64,000 nt of DNA from an uncultured Succinivibrio sp. (GTDB taxonomy: Bacteria > Pseudomonadota > Gammaproteobacteria > Enterobacterales > Succinivibrionaceae): NCBI GenBank assembly GCA_902785325.1, contig CACZXZ010000006.1:3182-67181 (forward strand), read 5' to 3'. Below the pieces are notes generated by a model. That model searched no databases, had not been told where the DNA came from, and saw nothing but the letters and a program-made list of their open reading frames with translations. This document shows, piece by piece, positions 28,801 to 38,816 of this stretch. The first letter of the stretch is position 1; every line of letters begins with the position of its first letter. Both the position numbers and the translations under genes were made by a program.

Positions 28801-29562
28801 CTAACTGGTGTAGTAGCAATCAAATCTGCAAGCTTTTCCATCGATAAAGCTACTACGCCTTTTATTTAGTTCTAGAGGATCTTCATTAGCAGGGCGCTTT
28901 ACTACTACATGATGTTTAGCAATCGTACATAAGAAATTAGCATATTCTAAAACATCTGTATCAGCGCCTATAAGCTCATGAAATACTCGCATATCCTTTT
29001 TAACTAAGGCAGACTTAGTCCTTTGTGGAAACATAGGATCGTAGTAGATTACATCGGGCGCAGGTAAATTATCACTTGGATATTGATCTTTAATGGTACC
29101 TAAAGGCATTAGCTTTGGAAGTCCATTTTTTAGTTGAGCTAAAAATTCTTGATTATTTTGAGCTTTGTAAAGGGCTGAATTTAGCATTAGCCAAATAATA
29201 GGATTGCGCTCAAACATATAAACTTGAGCTTTACCTGACTGCAAGATTAGGCTCTCGCGACCTAAACCTGCGGTAGCATCAAAAACAATAGGATTAGTTA
29301 ATTTTCCGATTACAGCTTTACATACAGGCTCAGAGTTTTTACCACCATGGGCTAATCTCCAAGCTAACTTGTCTTTTGTAAAGTCAATTTGAAAGTTTGA
29401 GCCTAGAGTTTTACTTTCAAACTCTAATTGCACCTCATCACTAACTTTAACTACGATATCTAAGTCTGATTTGAAAGAGGCAAGAGCTTTTTCTAAAGCA
29501 CTCTTTGCTTTGAGGGCTTGCTCGTATAAAGGACTATCGTTTGCAATTTGAAAAGAAATCAT
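28801..29562 (-). CDS. rsmJ: 16S rRNA m2G1516 methyltransferase
   Basis: DATAGLGRES, ERNPII, YYDPMFP, SALVKKDMRVF, VVVKRP. Confidence 0.88.
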   Translation of the reverse strand: MISFQIANDSPLYEQALKAKSALEKALASFKSDLDIVVKVSDEVQLEFESKTLGSNFQIDFTKDKLAWRLAHGGKNSEPVCKAVIGKLTNPIVFDATAGLGRESLILQSGKAQVYMFERNPIIWLMLNSALYKAQNNQEFLAQLKNGLPKLMPLGTIKDQYPSDNLPAPDVIYYDPMFPQRTKSALVKKDMRVFHELIGADTDVLEYANFLCTIAKHHVVVKRPANEDPLELNKRRSSFIDGKACRFDCYYTS

Positions 29563-30362
29563 TATCTAAAGTTTGCCAAAGTCTTTTCAAAATCAGGCTT
29601 TACTCCACGCCATAATTCAAAGCTTAATAAAGCCTGACCTATAAGCATACCAAAACCGTCATAAGCGTGTGGTACCAAAAGCTCTTTTGCGTGTTGTGTA
29701 AATACGGTTTGGCCTGTCTTTTTATACATCAAATCATAGACAAAACTTGCGTTTTTAAGTACTTCATCTGCAACTTTAGGTAATTCATCTTTTAAAGAGG
29801 AGGAGGTTGCATTGATGATAATATTAAAGTCAGGAGTTAAATTATCAAAAGTAGAAGCACTAACTTCCTTGTAGTCTCTTGCTAACTCTACAGCTTTCTC
29901 ATAAGTTCTGTTAGCAATAGTAACGGATAAAGGAGCACAATCTACAATAGGCTTTAAGATACCTTTAGCTGCACCACCGGCTCCAATTATCAAGATCTTT
30001 GCACCTTGTAGCGGAAAATTTAGACGTTTTAAATCGTAAACTAAACCTCTGCCATCAGTGTTATCACCTAGGATTCGACCATCACTTAGCTTTTTTAAAG
30101 TATTAACAGCACCAGCAGCCTTTGCATAATCAGTAAGCTCATCTGCATAGTTATAAGCATCGATTTTACAAGGCACTGTAATATTACAACCAAGTCCTCC
30201 AAGTCTAAAAAACTCATCGGCTTGCTGTTTAAACTTACCTTCTTCTACTTTACATTTGGTGTACTCTAAATCCTGATGAGTACAAGTTGCAAAAAAAGTA
30301 TGCAACTGAGGGGATAGAGAATGTTCTACTGGATTGCCAAATACTAAATATTTATCAGTCAT
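29562..30362 (-). CDS. aroE: Shikimate dehydrogenase
   Basis: GNPVEHSLSP, NITVPCK, GAVNT, GDNTDG, IGAGGAA, INATS, DLMY. Confidence 0.96.
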   Translation of the reverse strand: MTDKYLVFGNPVEHSLSPQLHTFFATCTHQDLEYTKCKVEEGKFKQQADEFFRLGGLGCNITVPCKIDAYNYADELTDYAKAAGAVNTLKKLSDGRILGDNTDGRGLVYDLKRLNFPLQGAKILIIGAGGAAKGILKPIVDCAPLSVTIANRTYEKAVELARDYKEVSASTFDNLTPDFNIIINATSSSLKDELPKVADEVLKNASFVYDLMYKKTGQTVFTQHAKELLVPHAYDGFGMLIGQALLSFELWRGVKPDFEKTLANFR

Positions 30363-30948
30363 GTTCGTTCCATTCAGGACCTTCTCTAACTAAAGTATGA
30401 GAAAGTGTGTCATATATTGAAGTAGGACTAGACAGACCACCACAAGGAAGATTAAGGACTAAATCTACTTCTTCTAAAAGGATAGGATTTAATTTATCAA
30501 TATCGCTAGTTGCTTCTTGACCAGAGATATTTGCGCTTGTAGAAATCAAAGGCACTTTAGCTAAATTACATAAAGTAGCTAAAGGTTTAAAGCCTGTAAT
30601 TCTAATTGCAACAGTGTGATTGTCCCTTAAAGCAGTACTCTTAAAATTATCTTTGGTAGGTACTACAAAAGTGTGGGGACCTGGCCACATCTTATTCATC
30701 AAAGCAAAAGAAGCTTTATCAATTAAATTGCTATCTAGGTAGGGTTCTAGAGTATTTAAATTGTGATCTACTAGAATTAAGCCTTTTCTAATATCTCTTC
30801 TTTTAATCTTAATGACTCTTTTGATAGCATTTTCATCAAATAAAGAGCAACTTAAGCCATAAACACCTTCTGATGGGCAGATAATCACTCCGCCTTGTGT
30901 TATAACTTTAGCTGCTTCTTCAATAGATGAGGTGATAATTGCGCTCAT
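30355..30948 (-). CDS. tsaC: Threonylcarbamoyl-AMP synthase (YrdC)
   Basis: PSEGVYGL, KRR...KGLIL, WPGPHT, STSAN. Confidence 0.92.
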   Translation of the reverse strand: MSAIITSSIEEAAKVITQGGVIICPSEGVYGLSCSLFDENAIKRVIKIKRRDIRKGLILVDHNLNTLEPYLDSNLIDKASFALMNKMWPGPHTFVVPTKDNFKSTALRDNHTVAIRITGFKPLATLCNLAKVPLISTSANISGQEATSDIDKLNPILLEEVDLVLNLPCGGLSSPTSIYDTLSHTLVREGPEWNEHD

Positions 30949-30951
30949 GAA

Positions 30952-31455
30952 TTATTTTAATTTTTCCTGCAAAGCAGCATCTTTTTTCATAACTTCTAAA
31001 GCTGCATTTTGTCTATCAGCTTTTACTTTAGCGTCAATATCTTTATCTGTTAAAGCAATAATTTGAGCTGCTAAGTAAGCTGCATTCTTAGCACCAGCTT
31101 TACCTACTGCTACAGTTGCTACAGGAATACCACCAGGCATCTGAACAGTTGAATATAAAGCATCTACACCTGATAAAGGACCACCGTCACAAGGAATGCC
31201 GATTACAGGACGAGTAGTTCTTGCTGCAATAGCACCTGCAAGGTGTGCTGCTAAGCCTGCTGCACCAATAAATACAGCGCAACCTCTTTTTTCAGCATCA
31301 GTTACATACTCACTTACCACGTCTGGAGTACGGTGAGCTGAGGCTACCTTTGCCTCAAAAGGAATACCAAAGCCTTTTAAGATAGACATGGTATTTTCAA
31401 GTAATGGTAAATCTGAATCTGAGCCCATTAAAATGGATACAAATGCTTTAGTCAT
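30952..31455 (-). CDS. purE: PurE (N5-CAIR mutase / AIR carboxylase)
   Basis: MGSDSDL, SAHRTP, AHLAG, LYSTVQMPGGIPVATV. Confidence 0.96.
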   Translation of the reverse strand: MTKAFVSILMGSDSDLPLLENTMSILKGFGIPFEAKVASAHRTPDVVSEYVTDAEKRGCAVFIGAAGLAAHLAGAIAARTTRPVIGIPCDGGPLSGVDALYSTVQMPGGIPVATVAVGKAGAKNAAYLAAQIIALTDKDIDAKVKADRQNAALEVMKKDAALQEKLK

Positions 31456-31498
31456 AATAAAATCCTTTGCTTAAATTTTTGGATAAATTTTACCACAG

Positions 31499-32062
31499 TT
31501 AATTATTAGGTCGAATGATTATATGCTTTCTCTTTTTGCGACTTGAGCAAAGCGGATTTGCACAAACTAAACCTATACCTGCTTTAAATTTCTTCTCGTA
31601 CATAATCGGAAAGGAGCACTCCTCACACACTCTTTTAACGGGTTTACCTGGGGTTGAGAATTTACAATCAGGGTAATTTGAGCAAGCATAAAAGGTTCTA
31701 TTTGAACCTGAGGTTCTACGATTTAATTTACCTTTTTTACAAATTGGGCAATCAATATCTAAACTCTCTTGCACATTATGGATGTAATTACATTCAGGAT
31801 AGTTTGAACAACCTATAAAAATACCGTATCTGCCCTTTTTAACTTCTAACATCGAGCCGCACAATGGGCATGGTGCACCAACTTCCCCTAACACCACTAT
31901 AGGATGGGTAGTAGCTACAGGCTTTAAAAAAGAGCATAAAGGATAGTCAGAGCAACCTAAAAAATCACCATGGCTTGAATGTCTTAAGACCAATGGTTGA
32001 CCACAATAGGGGCAAGGGGAGCCTTCCTTTAAATTCTCATAGTTATCAATTTGATTTGTCAT
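31499..32062 (-). CDS. yrdD: Topoisomerase-type zinc-ribbon repeat protein YrdD
   Basis: Three CPxCG...GCSxYPxC repeats plus a fourth Cys cluster; canonical position. Confidence 0.85.
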   Translation of the reverse strand: MTNQIDNYENLKEGSPCPYCGQPLVLRHSSHGDFLGCSDYPLCSFLKPVATTHPIVVLGEVGAPCPLCGSMLEVKKGRYGIFIGCSNYPECNYIHNVQESLDIDCPICKKGKLNRRTSGSNRTFYACSNYPDCKFSTPGKPVKRVCEECSFPIMYEKKFKAGIGLVCANPLCSSRKKRKHIIIRPNN

Positions 32063-32155
32063 TCCACAAAGCCTTAATATTTACCTTAACTTACAACGAG
32101 CAAATTTATCTTATAAATGATAAAATTACACCGATTTGACATTAAAGGAAGAAAA

Positions 32156-32686
32156 ATGGCAGTAAGAGAAGTTATCATTTATCCAGATCCTATTTTAAGA
32201 AATAAAAACACTGAAGTTACAACTTTTGATGAAGATTTAAAAAAATTAACTGACGACATGTTCGATACCATGTATGAATTTGAAGGTATTGGTTTAGCAG
32301 GACCTCAAATTGCAGTTAACAAAAGAATTGTAGTGATTGATATTCCTGATGATGAAGGCAATCAACACAAAAATCAATTAGTTATCATCAATCCAAAAAT
32401 CACCAAATTAGAAGGTGATATCGTTGAATCTCAGGAAGGTTGTTTATCTGTTCCTGGTTACCAAGATACTGTAACTAGATATCAAAGATGTACTGTGGAA
32501 TACCAAAACTTACAAGGTGAGCACTGCGTTTTTGATAATGTAGATGGTTTATTTGCAATCTGCTTACAACACGAAATTGATCATCTAGAAGGCAAAATTT
32601 TTGTGGATAAACTCTCTAGACTTAAAAGAGAAAGACTTCATAAAAAATACGCTAAGATCCTAAAAGATCGCCAAAGAGGTGAATAA
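32156..32686 (+). CDS. def: Peptide deformylase
   Basis: GIGLAGPQ, EGCLSVP, QHEIDHL; likely start is ATG 32156 (SD AAGGAAG), not 32117. Confidence 0.96.
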   Translation: MAVREVIIYPDPILRNKNTEVTTFDEDLKKLTDDMFDTMYEFEGIGLAGPQIAVNKRIVVIDIPDDEGNQHKNQLVIINPKITKLEGDIVESQEGCLSVPGYQDTVTRYQRCTVEYQNLQGEHCVFDNVDGLFAICLQHEIDHLEGKIFVDKLSRLKRERLHKKYAKILKDRQRGE

Positions 32687-32688
32687 AT

Positions 32689-33630
32689 TTGGATAAAAAG
32701 ATTATCTTTGCAGGAACTCCTGATTTTGCAGCAGTTCATTTAAAAGCTCTTTTAGACACTGGTATAAAACCAATTGCTGTTTACACACAGCCAGATAGAC
32801 CCGCAGGTCGTGGCCACAAATTAACCCCATCTGAGGTTAAGAAGGTGGCACTCGAGGCTAATATCGACGTTTATACTCCAGAGAATTTTAAAAACGAGCA
32901 GGACATTGCTCAATTTGAAGCTTTAAATGCCGATTTATGCATTGTTGTAGCTTACGGAGTTATCTTACCTCAAAGAATAATTGATGCTTGTAAATTTGGT
33001 TGTATCAATGTTCATGGTTCTATCTTGCCAGAATACAGAGGCGCTGCCCCAATTCAAAGAGCTCTTTTAGATGGTTGCAAGGAAACAGGTGTTTCCATCA
33101 TGAAGGTAGCTTTAAAGCTTGATGCTGGTGATGTTTTAACTATTGCTAAATTACCAATTGAGAACACTGATACATCAGGTAGCTTATTTGACAAATTAGC
33201 TACTTTAGGAGCTAAAACTCTACTTGAGACATTACCAAAAATATTTGATAAAACTATTAGTGCTACAGCTCAAGATGAGTCTAAGGTAACTTACGCTAAA
33301 AAAATTAGTAAAGAAGAAGCAGCCTTAAACTTTAATCAAGATGCTACAGTGGTAGATAGAATAGTAAGAGGCTTAAACCCTTGGCCTATTGCCACCGTAA
33401 ATTTAGATGACGTTAAATACAAGGTATTTGAGACTACTGTTTTAGAAGACGATAGCAATAAGACACCTGGTACTATAGTAAGCGTTGACAAGTTTGGCAT
33501 TAACGTAGCCTGCGCAAAAGGCACCTTAAGACTTGTTACCATACAGGCTCCTGGCAAAGGTCCTGTAAAAGCTTGTGATCTTGCAAGATCTCGTAAAGAC
33601 GTTTTTTGTGTAGGAAAACAATTTGAATAA
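32689..33630 (+). CDS. fmt: Methionyl-tRNA formyltransferase
   Basis: FAGTPDFA, TQPDRPAGRG, VAYG, NVHGSILPEYRGAAPIQR; TTG start. Confidence 0.96.
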   Translation: MDKKIIFAGTPDFAAVHLKALLDTGIKPIAVYTQPDRPAGRGHKLTPSEVKKVALEANIDVYTPENFKNEQDIAQFEALNADLCIVVAYGVILPQRIIDACKFGCINVHGSILPEYRGAAPIQRALLDGCKETGVSIMKVALKLDAGDVLTIAKLPIENTDTSGSLFDKLATLGAKTLLETLPKIFDKTISATAQDESKVTYAKKISKEEAALNFNQDATVVDRIVRGLNPWPIATVNLDDVKYKVFETTVLEDDSNKTPGTIVSVDKFGINVACAKGTLRLVTIQAPGKGPVKACDLARSRKDVFCVGKQFE

Positions 33631-34993
33631 TTCAAAAACCACTCAAAAGCCTAATAAACAAGGCCATCGTTATCATAAGAACTTTAATAAAGGTCCAAAG
33701 CAAGTAGCTCAAGGAGCTAGCTCTCGTGCAGCTGCTGCCTTTTGCGTTAATGCTATAGAGGAAGGTAAATCTTTAACTGAAGCTCTACCTTTGTTCACAA
33801 AAGATCTTGATGATAGAGATAAAGCTTTTGTGCAAGAGATTGTTTATGGAACTTTAAGACACAGAAGATGGCTTTCTACTACAGCAAATGGTTTACTTGA
33901 TCACTCTATCAATCAAAGATTTAATGTAGCAAGAAGCTTAATCTTATGCGCTTTATATCAGATAATTTTCACTAGAGCCCCAGCTCATGCAATTGTTTCT
34001 GCAACTGTAGGTGCCTGTGATTTATGTAAATGTAGAGCTTTTACTGGTCTTGTAAATGCGGTTTTAAGACGTTTTCTACGAGAAGGTGGCAAGCTTGTAG
34101 AAAGCGATGATCCTTGTGTTGAGTACTCTTTCCCTACTTGGTTATACGAAAAGTTACAAGAAAGCTATGGTCAAGAGCAAGCCTTAGAGATAGTGAAAAA
34201 CTCTAACGAGCATGCACCGATGTTTTTACGAGTTGAAAACAGCAAAATCTCAACTGCTGACTACCTACAATTACTACATAAACAGGAGATTAAAGCTACA
34301 TTAGTAGACGAGTCTTCCTGTACTATTCTTTTAGAAGAGCCAACCTATGTAGACAGATTACCTTTCTTTAAAGAAGGTTATGTAGCAGTACAAGATTTAG
34401 CAGCACAGCTAGCCTCTCCTCTTTTAGAACTTAAAGAAGGTGACAACGTATTAGATACCTGTTGCGCTCCTGGTGGTAAAAGTGCTCATATTTTAGATAT
34501 AGCTCCAAAAGTTACCCTTACTTGTGCTGATGTTGATGAACAAAGATTAAATAGTGCTAAGACTAATCTTCAAAGACTTAATCGTACCCCTAAATTCTTA
34601 CATTTAGACTTTAGTGCTGATATTAGTGGTATTAAAGAAACTTTTGATAAGATTTTAGTTGATGCACCTTGTTCAGGTACTGGTGTAATTAGAAGACATC
34701 CTGATATTAAGTGGCTTAGAAGACAAAAAGACATCAAAAACTTAGTAACTACCCAGGAGAAAATCTTAGATAACGCTTTTGCTTTACTAAATAAGGGTGG
34801 AATTTTGGTGTATACCACTTGCTCAATTTTGAAACAAGAAAACGAAGAGCAAGTTAAGAAATTTTTAGATAGACATAAAGATGCGAAAATCTTACCATTT
34901 GATATGAAGGGTAAGGTGGTAGATTTCTATCAGAGACTACCTGGTGAAAATAACTCTGATGGCTTCTTTTACTCAAGGTTTATTAAAGCTTAG
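33623..34993 (+). CDS. rsmB: 16S rRNA m5C967 methyltransferase
   Basis: NusB-like N-domain, VQD, DTCCAPGGK, DAPCSGTG, YTTCS. Confidence 0.95.
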   Translation: MNNSKTTQKPNKQGHRYHKNFNKGPKQVAQGASSRAAAAFCVNAIEEGKSLTEALPLFTKDLDDRDKAFVQEIVYGTLRHRRWLSTTANGLLDHSINQRFNVARSLILCALYQIIFTRAPAHAIVSATVGACDLCKCRAFTGLVNAVLRRFLREGGKLVESDDPCVEYSFPTWLYEKLQESYGQEQALEIVKNSNEHAPMFLRVENSKISTADYLQLLHKQEIKATLVDESSCTILLEEPTYVDRLPFFKEGYVAVQDLAAQLASPLLELKEGDNVLDTCCAPGGKSAHILDIAPKVTLTCADVDEQRLNSAKTNLQRLNRTPKFLHLDFSADISGIKETFDKILVDAPCSGTGVIRRHPDIKWLRRQKDIKNLVTTQEKILDNAFALLNKGGILVYTTCSILKQENEEQVKKFLDRHKDAKILPFDMKGKVVDFYQRLPGENNSDGFFYSRFIKA

Positions 34994-34995
34994 CT

Positions 34996-36387
34996 ATGAA
35001 AATTATTATTCTAGGATCTGGCGATGTAAGTATCGAGCTTGCAAAATATCTAGTTACTGCAGGACATGCAGTAACCGTAGCAGATACAGCATCAGAAGAG
35101 CTTACTAATCTAGCTAACCGTATTGACTTACGTGTAGTAATTGGTAATCCAGCCTCCCCATCTACCCTACGTAGAGCAGGTGCTGAGAATACTGAATTAC
35201 TTGTAGCTACTACCTCTGACGATGAAGCTAATATCACCGCTTGTTGTGTAGCTCATTTCCTATTTAATGTTCCAAGAAAAATTGCCAGAATCAGAACAGC
35301 TGATTATCTTGAGGAAGTAGATGATCTATTTGGTCCAAATTCTGTTCCTATTGATCACATTATTGCAACTGAGCATTTAATTACCGAAAACATTATCAGC
35401 ATGATTGAACTACCTGGCGTTAATGCTATCGGTAGTTTCTGCGATGGACGTATTGTAGTTGCAAGTACCATAGTTGAGAATGGTGGCAAGTTATTAAATA
35501 AATCCATCAAAAGCTTTAATGAATATGAAAACAAAGCTAGTGTGCTAGCGGTTTACCGTGAAGGTAAATATATTTCTGATTTTGCTAAAGAAATCTTCCA
35601 TATTGGAGATGAAGTATATTTCTGTGTGCAACGTGATAGAGCTTTATCTCAATTGTCTGCTTTAAGAAAACTAGCCATTGGCAACCGCAATATTACCTTA
35701 TCTGGTGGTACACATACAGCAGACTCTTTAGCGCGCTCATTATCAGGCAAATACAGAGTAAAGTTAATAGAACAAGATCAAGGCAGAGCAAAGAGAACTG
35801 CTAACGCTTTACACGATTCAGGTGTAGAAGTCTTCTGCGCAAGTCCTATGGATATGGACTTTATGCGTGAGGAGAATTTAGATACAACCGATTTATACAT
35901 TGCTGCTACCCCTAATGACGAAACTAATATTATGTCCTCCTTAATTTTAAGAAGAGTCCATAATGTTAAAACTCTATCCGTGATCCGCGGTGAAGGTTAT
36001 AGCGAGCTTACTAACAAAGATAATAGCGATCTTGATACTGTTGTATTTCCAAAAGAATCCATTATCTCTGCTTTGCTATCCTTGATTAGACAAGAAGGTG
36101 TTGAGAATGTACATCTTTTTAGGCAAGGTAAATCTGAAGCCATCGAACTTTGTGTTGAAGGCTCTAAATTTACTAGCCGAGTAATAGGCAGAAAGGCTGA
36201 ATCTTTAAACTTACCTAAAGGTGTAACTTTAGGTTTAGTGTTACGAGGCAAAAAAGTAATTCCTGTAACCCCAGATCTTGTCTTTGAAGACAAAGATAAA
36301 GTAATCGCTTTTCTTGATGATCATAGTCAAATGAGAAATCTTGTAAAATACTGCCGTCCTTTCTCCTTCTGGATCCCAAGGTGGTAA
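34996..36387 (+). CDS. trkA: Trk K+ uptake gating subunit
   Basis: MKIIILG, DLRVVIG, KIARIR, two RCK units; canonical position after rsmB. Confidence 0.9.
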   Translation: MKIIILGSGDVSIELAKYLVTAGHAVTVADTASEELTNLANRIDLRVVIGNPASPSTLRRAGAENTELLVATTSDDEANITACCVAHFLFNVPRKIARIRTADYLEEVDDLFGPNSVPIDHIIATEHLITENIISMIELPGVNAIGSFCDGRIVVASTIVENGGKLLNKSIKSFNEYENKASVLAVYREGKYISDFAKEIFHIGDEVYFCVQRDRALSQLSALRKLAIGNRNITLSGGTHTADSLARSLSGKYRVKLIEQDQGRAKRTANALHDSGVEVFCASPMDMDFMREENLDTTDLYIAATPNDETNIMSSLILRRVHNVKTLSVIRGEGYSELTNKDNSDLDTVVFPKESIISALLSLIRQEGVENVHLFRQGKSEAIELCVEGSKFTSRVIGRKAESLNLPKGVTLGLVLRGKKVIPVTPDLVFEDKDKVIAFLDDHSQMRNLVKYCRPFSFWIPRW

Positions 36388-36391
36388 CTAG

Positions 36392-37846
36392 ATGGTTATT
36401 GACTATCGCCTAATTGCAAAATACCTAGCTCCAGCACTATTTTTGTTTGGTATAGTAGCTTATATTCCTGCAATTTATGCTTTTTGCAATGATTCTTTAG
36501 CTTTATCAGCCTTTTTAGCAACTGGTACTTTAAGCTTAGTTCTAGGATTTATCTTTAAAAGAATAGGCAAAAAGGCAGGACCTAATACCTCCCTTAGAGT
36601 ACTGTTCTTATTTACTACCTCTTTGTGGTTAATCATTTCCTTAATTGCAGCAATTCCGTTTTTTTATCAGTTACCAGATTTAAGTTTTTCTCAAGCTTTT
36701 TATGAATCTTGCTCTGGACTGTCTACTTCAGGATCTACTGTAATTACCCATTTAGATCAAAGACCAAGAGCAATTTTACTTTGGAGAGGGATTCTACAAT
36801 ACATAGGTGGTGTAGGATTCGTGGCTTTAGCGGTAGTAATCTTACCTATTTCAGCTATGGGTGGTATGAGCATCTTCAAAACTGAATCTTACTCTTTTGA
36901 CGATAGTGCTAAGTTTACACCACACCTAAAAACCATGGCTATCTCCCTCTTTGTGTGGTACGTAGCCATCTTAGTTTTATGCTCATTTTTCTTTGTATTA
37001 GGTGGTTTTGATTTATTTAGGGCAATCGTAACTGCTTTAAGTACGGTATCAACTGGTGGTATGACCCCTACGGATACTCAAATGAATGATGCAAGTGTAT
37101 TTAATCAATACACTGCCATTGGTTTTATGTTTATCTCAAGCTGCCCTTTCCTTTTGATCTTAGCTTCTCTTTCTGGAAATCCTTTATTATTCTTTAAAGA
37201 TCAACAAGTACGTGGCTATTTCTTTATCAATTTTATTGTGGCTTTGGCTGTGGGAATTTCCCTAATAGTAGTTAATCAATATGATATAGAAAAAGCTTTT
37301 AGAGTAGCTTTCTTTAACGTGGTTTCTATAACCTCTACTACAGGTTTTTCACTTGAAGATTTCACTTTGTGGAATCCTTTTGCATCAAGTTTATTCTTAT
37401 TTATTCTTGCTATCGGTGGTTGTTCAGGATCAACCTCTGGCGGTATTAAGACCTTCCGTTTGCAGATTTGCTACTCCATGTTTACTACACAATTGCAAAA
37501 ACTACTGCACCCACATATTGTTAATGAACCTAGATTCAAAGGCAAAATTATCGATCCTGATACTTTATCCTCTGTAATTACCTATCTAGTGTCCTACTTG
37601 CTAATTGCAATGGTTTCTACCATCATTGCCTGCTCTTTAGGACTAGATCTTGATGATTCCATTACAGCTACCATATCATGTTTATCTAATATTGGTCCTG
37701 CAATGGGAACCACTTTAAATCCATCTACTGATTACAGTAATATTTCAGATCCTTTATGCGTGCTATTTAGTTTAGACATGATTTTAGGTCGTCTTGAAAT
37801 CTTACCTGTATTACTCTGTTTTACTAGAATGTTCTATAGAAGGTAG
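36392..37846 (+). CDS. trkH: Trk K+ uptake membrane subunit
   Basis: FYESCSGLSTSG, LLWRGILQYIGG, GGCSGSTSGGIK, CLSNIGP, LGRLEI. Confidence 0.93.
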   Translation: MVIDYRLIAKYLAPALFLFGIVAYIPAIYAFCNDSLALSAFLATGTLSLVLGFIFKRIGKKAGPNTSLRVLFLFTTSLWLIISLIAAIPFFYQLPDLSFSQAFYESCSGLSTSGSTVITHLDQRPRAILLWRGILQYIGGVGFVALAVVILPISAMGGMSIFKTESYSFDDSAKFTPHLKTMAISLFVWYVAILVLCSFFFVLGGFDLFRAIVTALSTVSTGGMTPTDTQMNDASVFNQYTAIGFMFISSCPFLLILASLSGNPLLFFKDQQVRGYFFINFIVALAVGISLIVVNQYDIEKAFRVAFFNVVSITSTTGFSLEDFTLWNPFASSLFLFILAIGGCSGSTSGGIKTFRLQICYSMFTTQLQKLLHPHIVNEPRFKGKIIDPDTLSSVITYLVSYLLIAMVSTIIACSLGLDLDDSITATISCLSNIGPAMGTTLNPSTDYSNISDPLCVLFSLDMILGRLEILPVLLCFTRMFYRR

Positions 37847-37867
37847 TAACTACCTTCTATATTGCGT

Positions 37868-38806
37868 TTAGTAATAAACCCAAAAATCTACGGTAAGTAT
37901 TAAAAGCCATACTAGGTTATGAATAGCGCAACCTATAAGGGAGTACTTTCTTTCCTTGGCTATTCTTTGGCCATCTTCACAATGAATAACAGTTCTATAA
38001 GTTGAAGCTGCTAATGGAATTAAACCTAATACTACAAAAGTGACTTCCCATAATTGATGAGACTGCCAACAAGCGATAGCTGAAAGTAGGGATGAGGTTG
38101 CAAACATAATAATTAGGTAAACAGCTGATTTTTTAGGTCCTAATCTTGTAGGAATTGTCTTCTTACCTGATAAACGATCTTCCTTAATATCACGCATGGA
38201 AGCTACATGTAGCACCATCACGGATTGAATACCAATAGCAAAGGATAGAAGATAGGTATCAGGGAAAATGTCGATAGTTTGATCAACAGAGCCTAACACT
38301 AAAACTTGAGAGCCTATAACTGCAGCCCAACCAAAGAAAATAAATACTGCAATATCTCCAAAGCCTTTATAGCCGTATGCAAAACCTATGGTATAAAAAA
38401 TTGCAGCTAAGATAGCCCCCACACCAATAAACACAAACCAAGATAATACTTGCATGTTAGAGCCTACAGCCATAAGCAGTGCAATACTACCTGTTAGGGT
38501 CGCTAGTAAAGTTACGATTACTATAGATTTTCTCAAGGAAGTTAAAGAGATTGAACCTAGCATAACCGCACGAATAGGACCTAAACGATTAGGACCATCA
38601 GCACCTTGAATAGCATCGCCATAATCGTCAGCTAAATTACTTAACACTTGTAATAAAGTGCCTGTAATAATAATGAAAACTGCAGTAATAAAAGAATATA
38701 AGGTTACTTTTCCATAATAGAAACCAAGTCCACAGCCTACAGCACAATTAGTTAAGGCTAACAACAAGGATTTAACACGAATTTCAGTAAACCAATCTTT
38801 AAGCAT
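37868..38806 (-). CDS. menA: 1,4-dihydroxy-2-naphthoate polyprenyltransferase
   Basis: QVLSNLADDYGDAIQGAD..RLGPIR, YGYKGFGDIAVFIFFG, MRDIKEDRLSGKKT. Confidence 0.9.
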   Translation of the reverse strand: MLKDWFTEIRVKSLLLALTNCAVGCGLGFYYGKVTLYSFITAVFIIITGTLLQVLSNLADDYGDAIQGADGPNRLGPIRAVMLGSISLTSLRKSIVIVTLLATLTGSIALLMAVGSNMQVLSWFVFIGVGAILAAIFYTIGFAYGYKGFGDIAVFIFFGWAAVIGSQVLVLGSVDQTIDIFPDTYLLSFAIGIQSVMVLHVASMRDIKEDRLSGKKTIPTRLGPKKSAVYLIIMFATSSLLSAIACWQSHQLWEVTFVVLGLIPLAASTYRTVIHCEDGQRIAKERKYSLIGCAIHNLVWLLILTVDFWVYY

Positions 38807-38816
38807 TATCTAAACC

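Noticed and set aside
32117-32155. N-terminal extension of Def
   Set aside because: The SD and homology favour ATG 32156.
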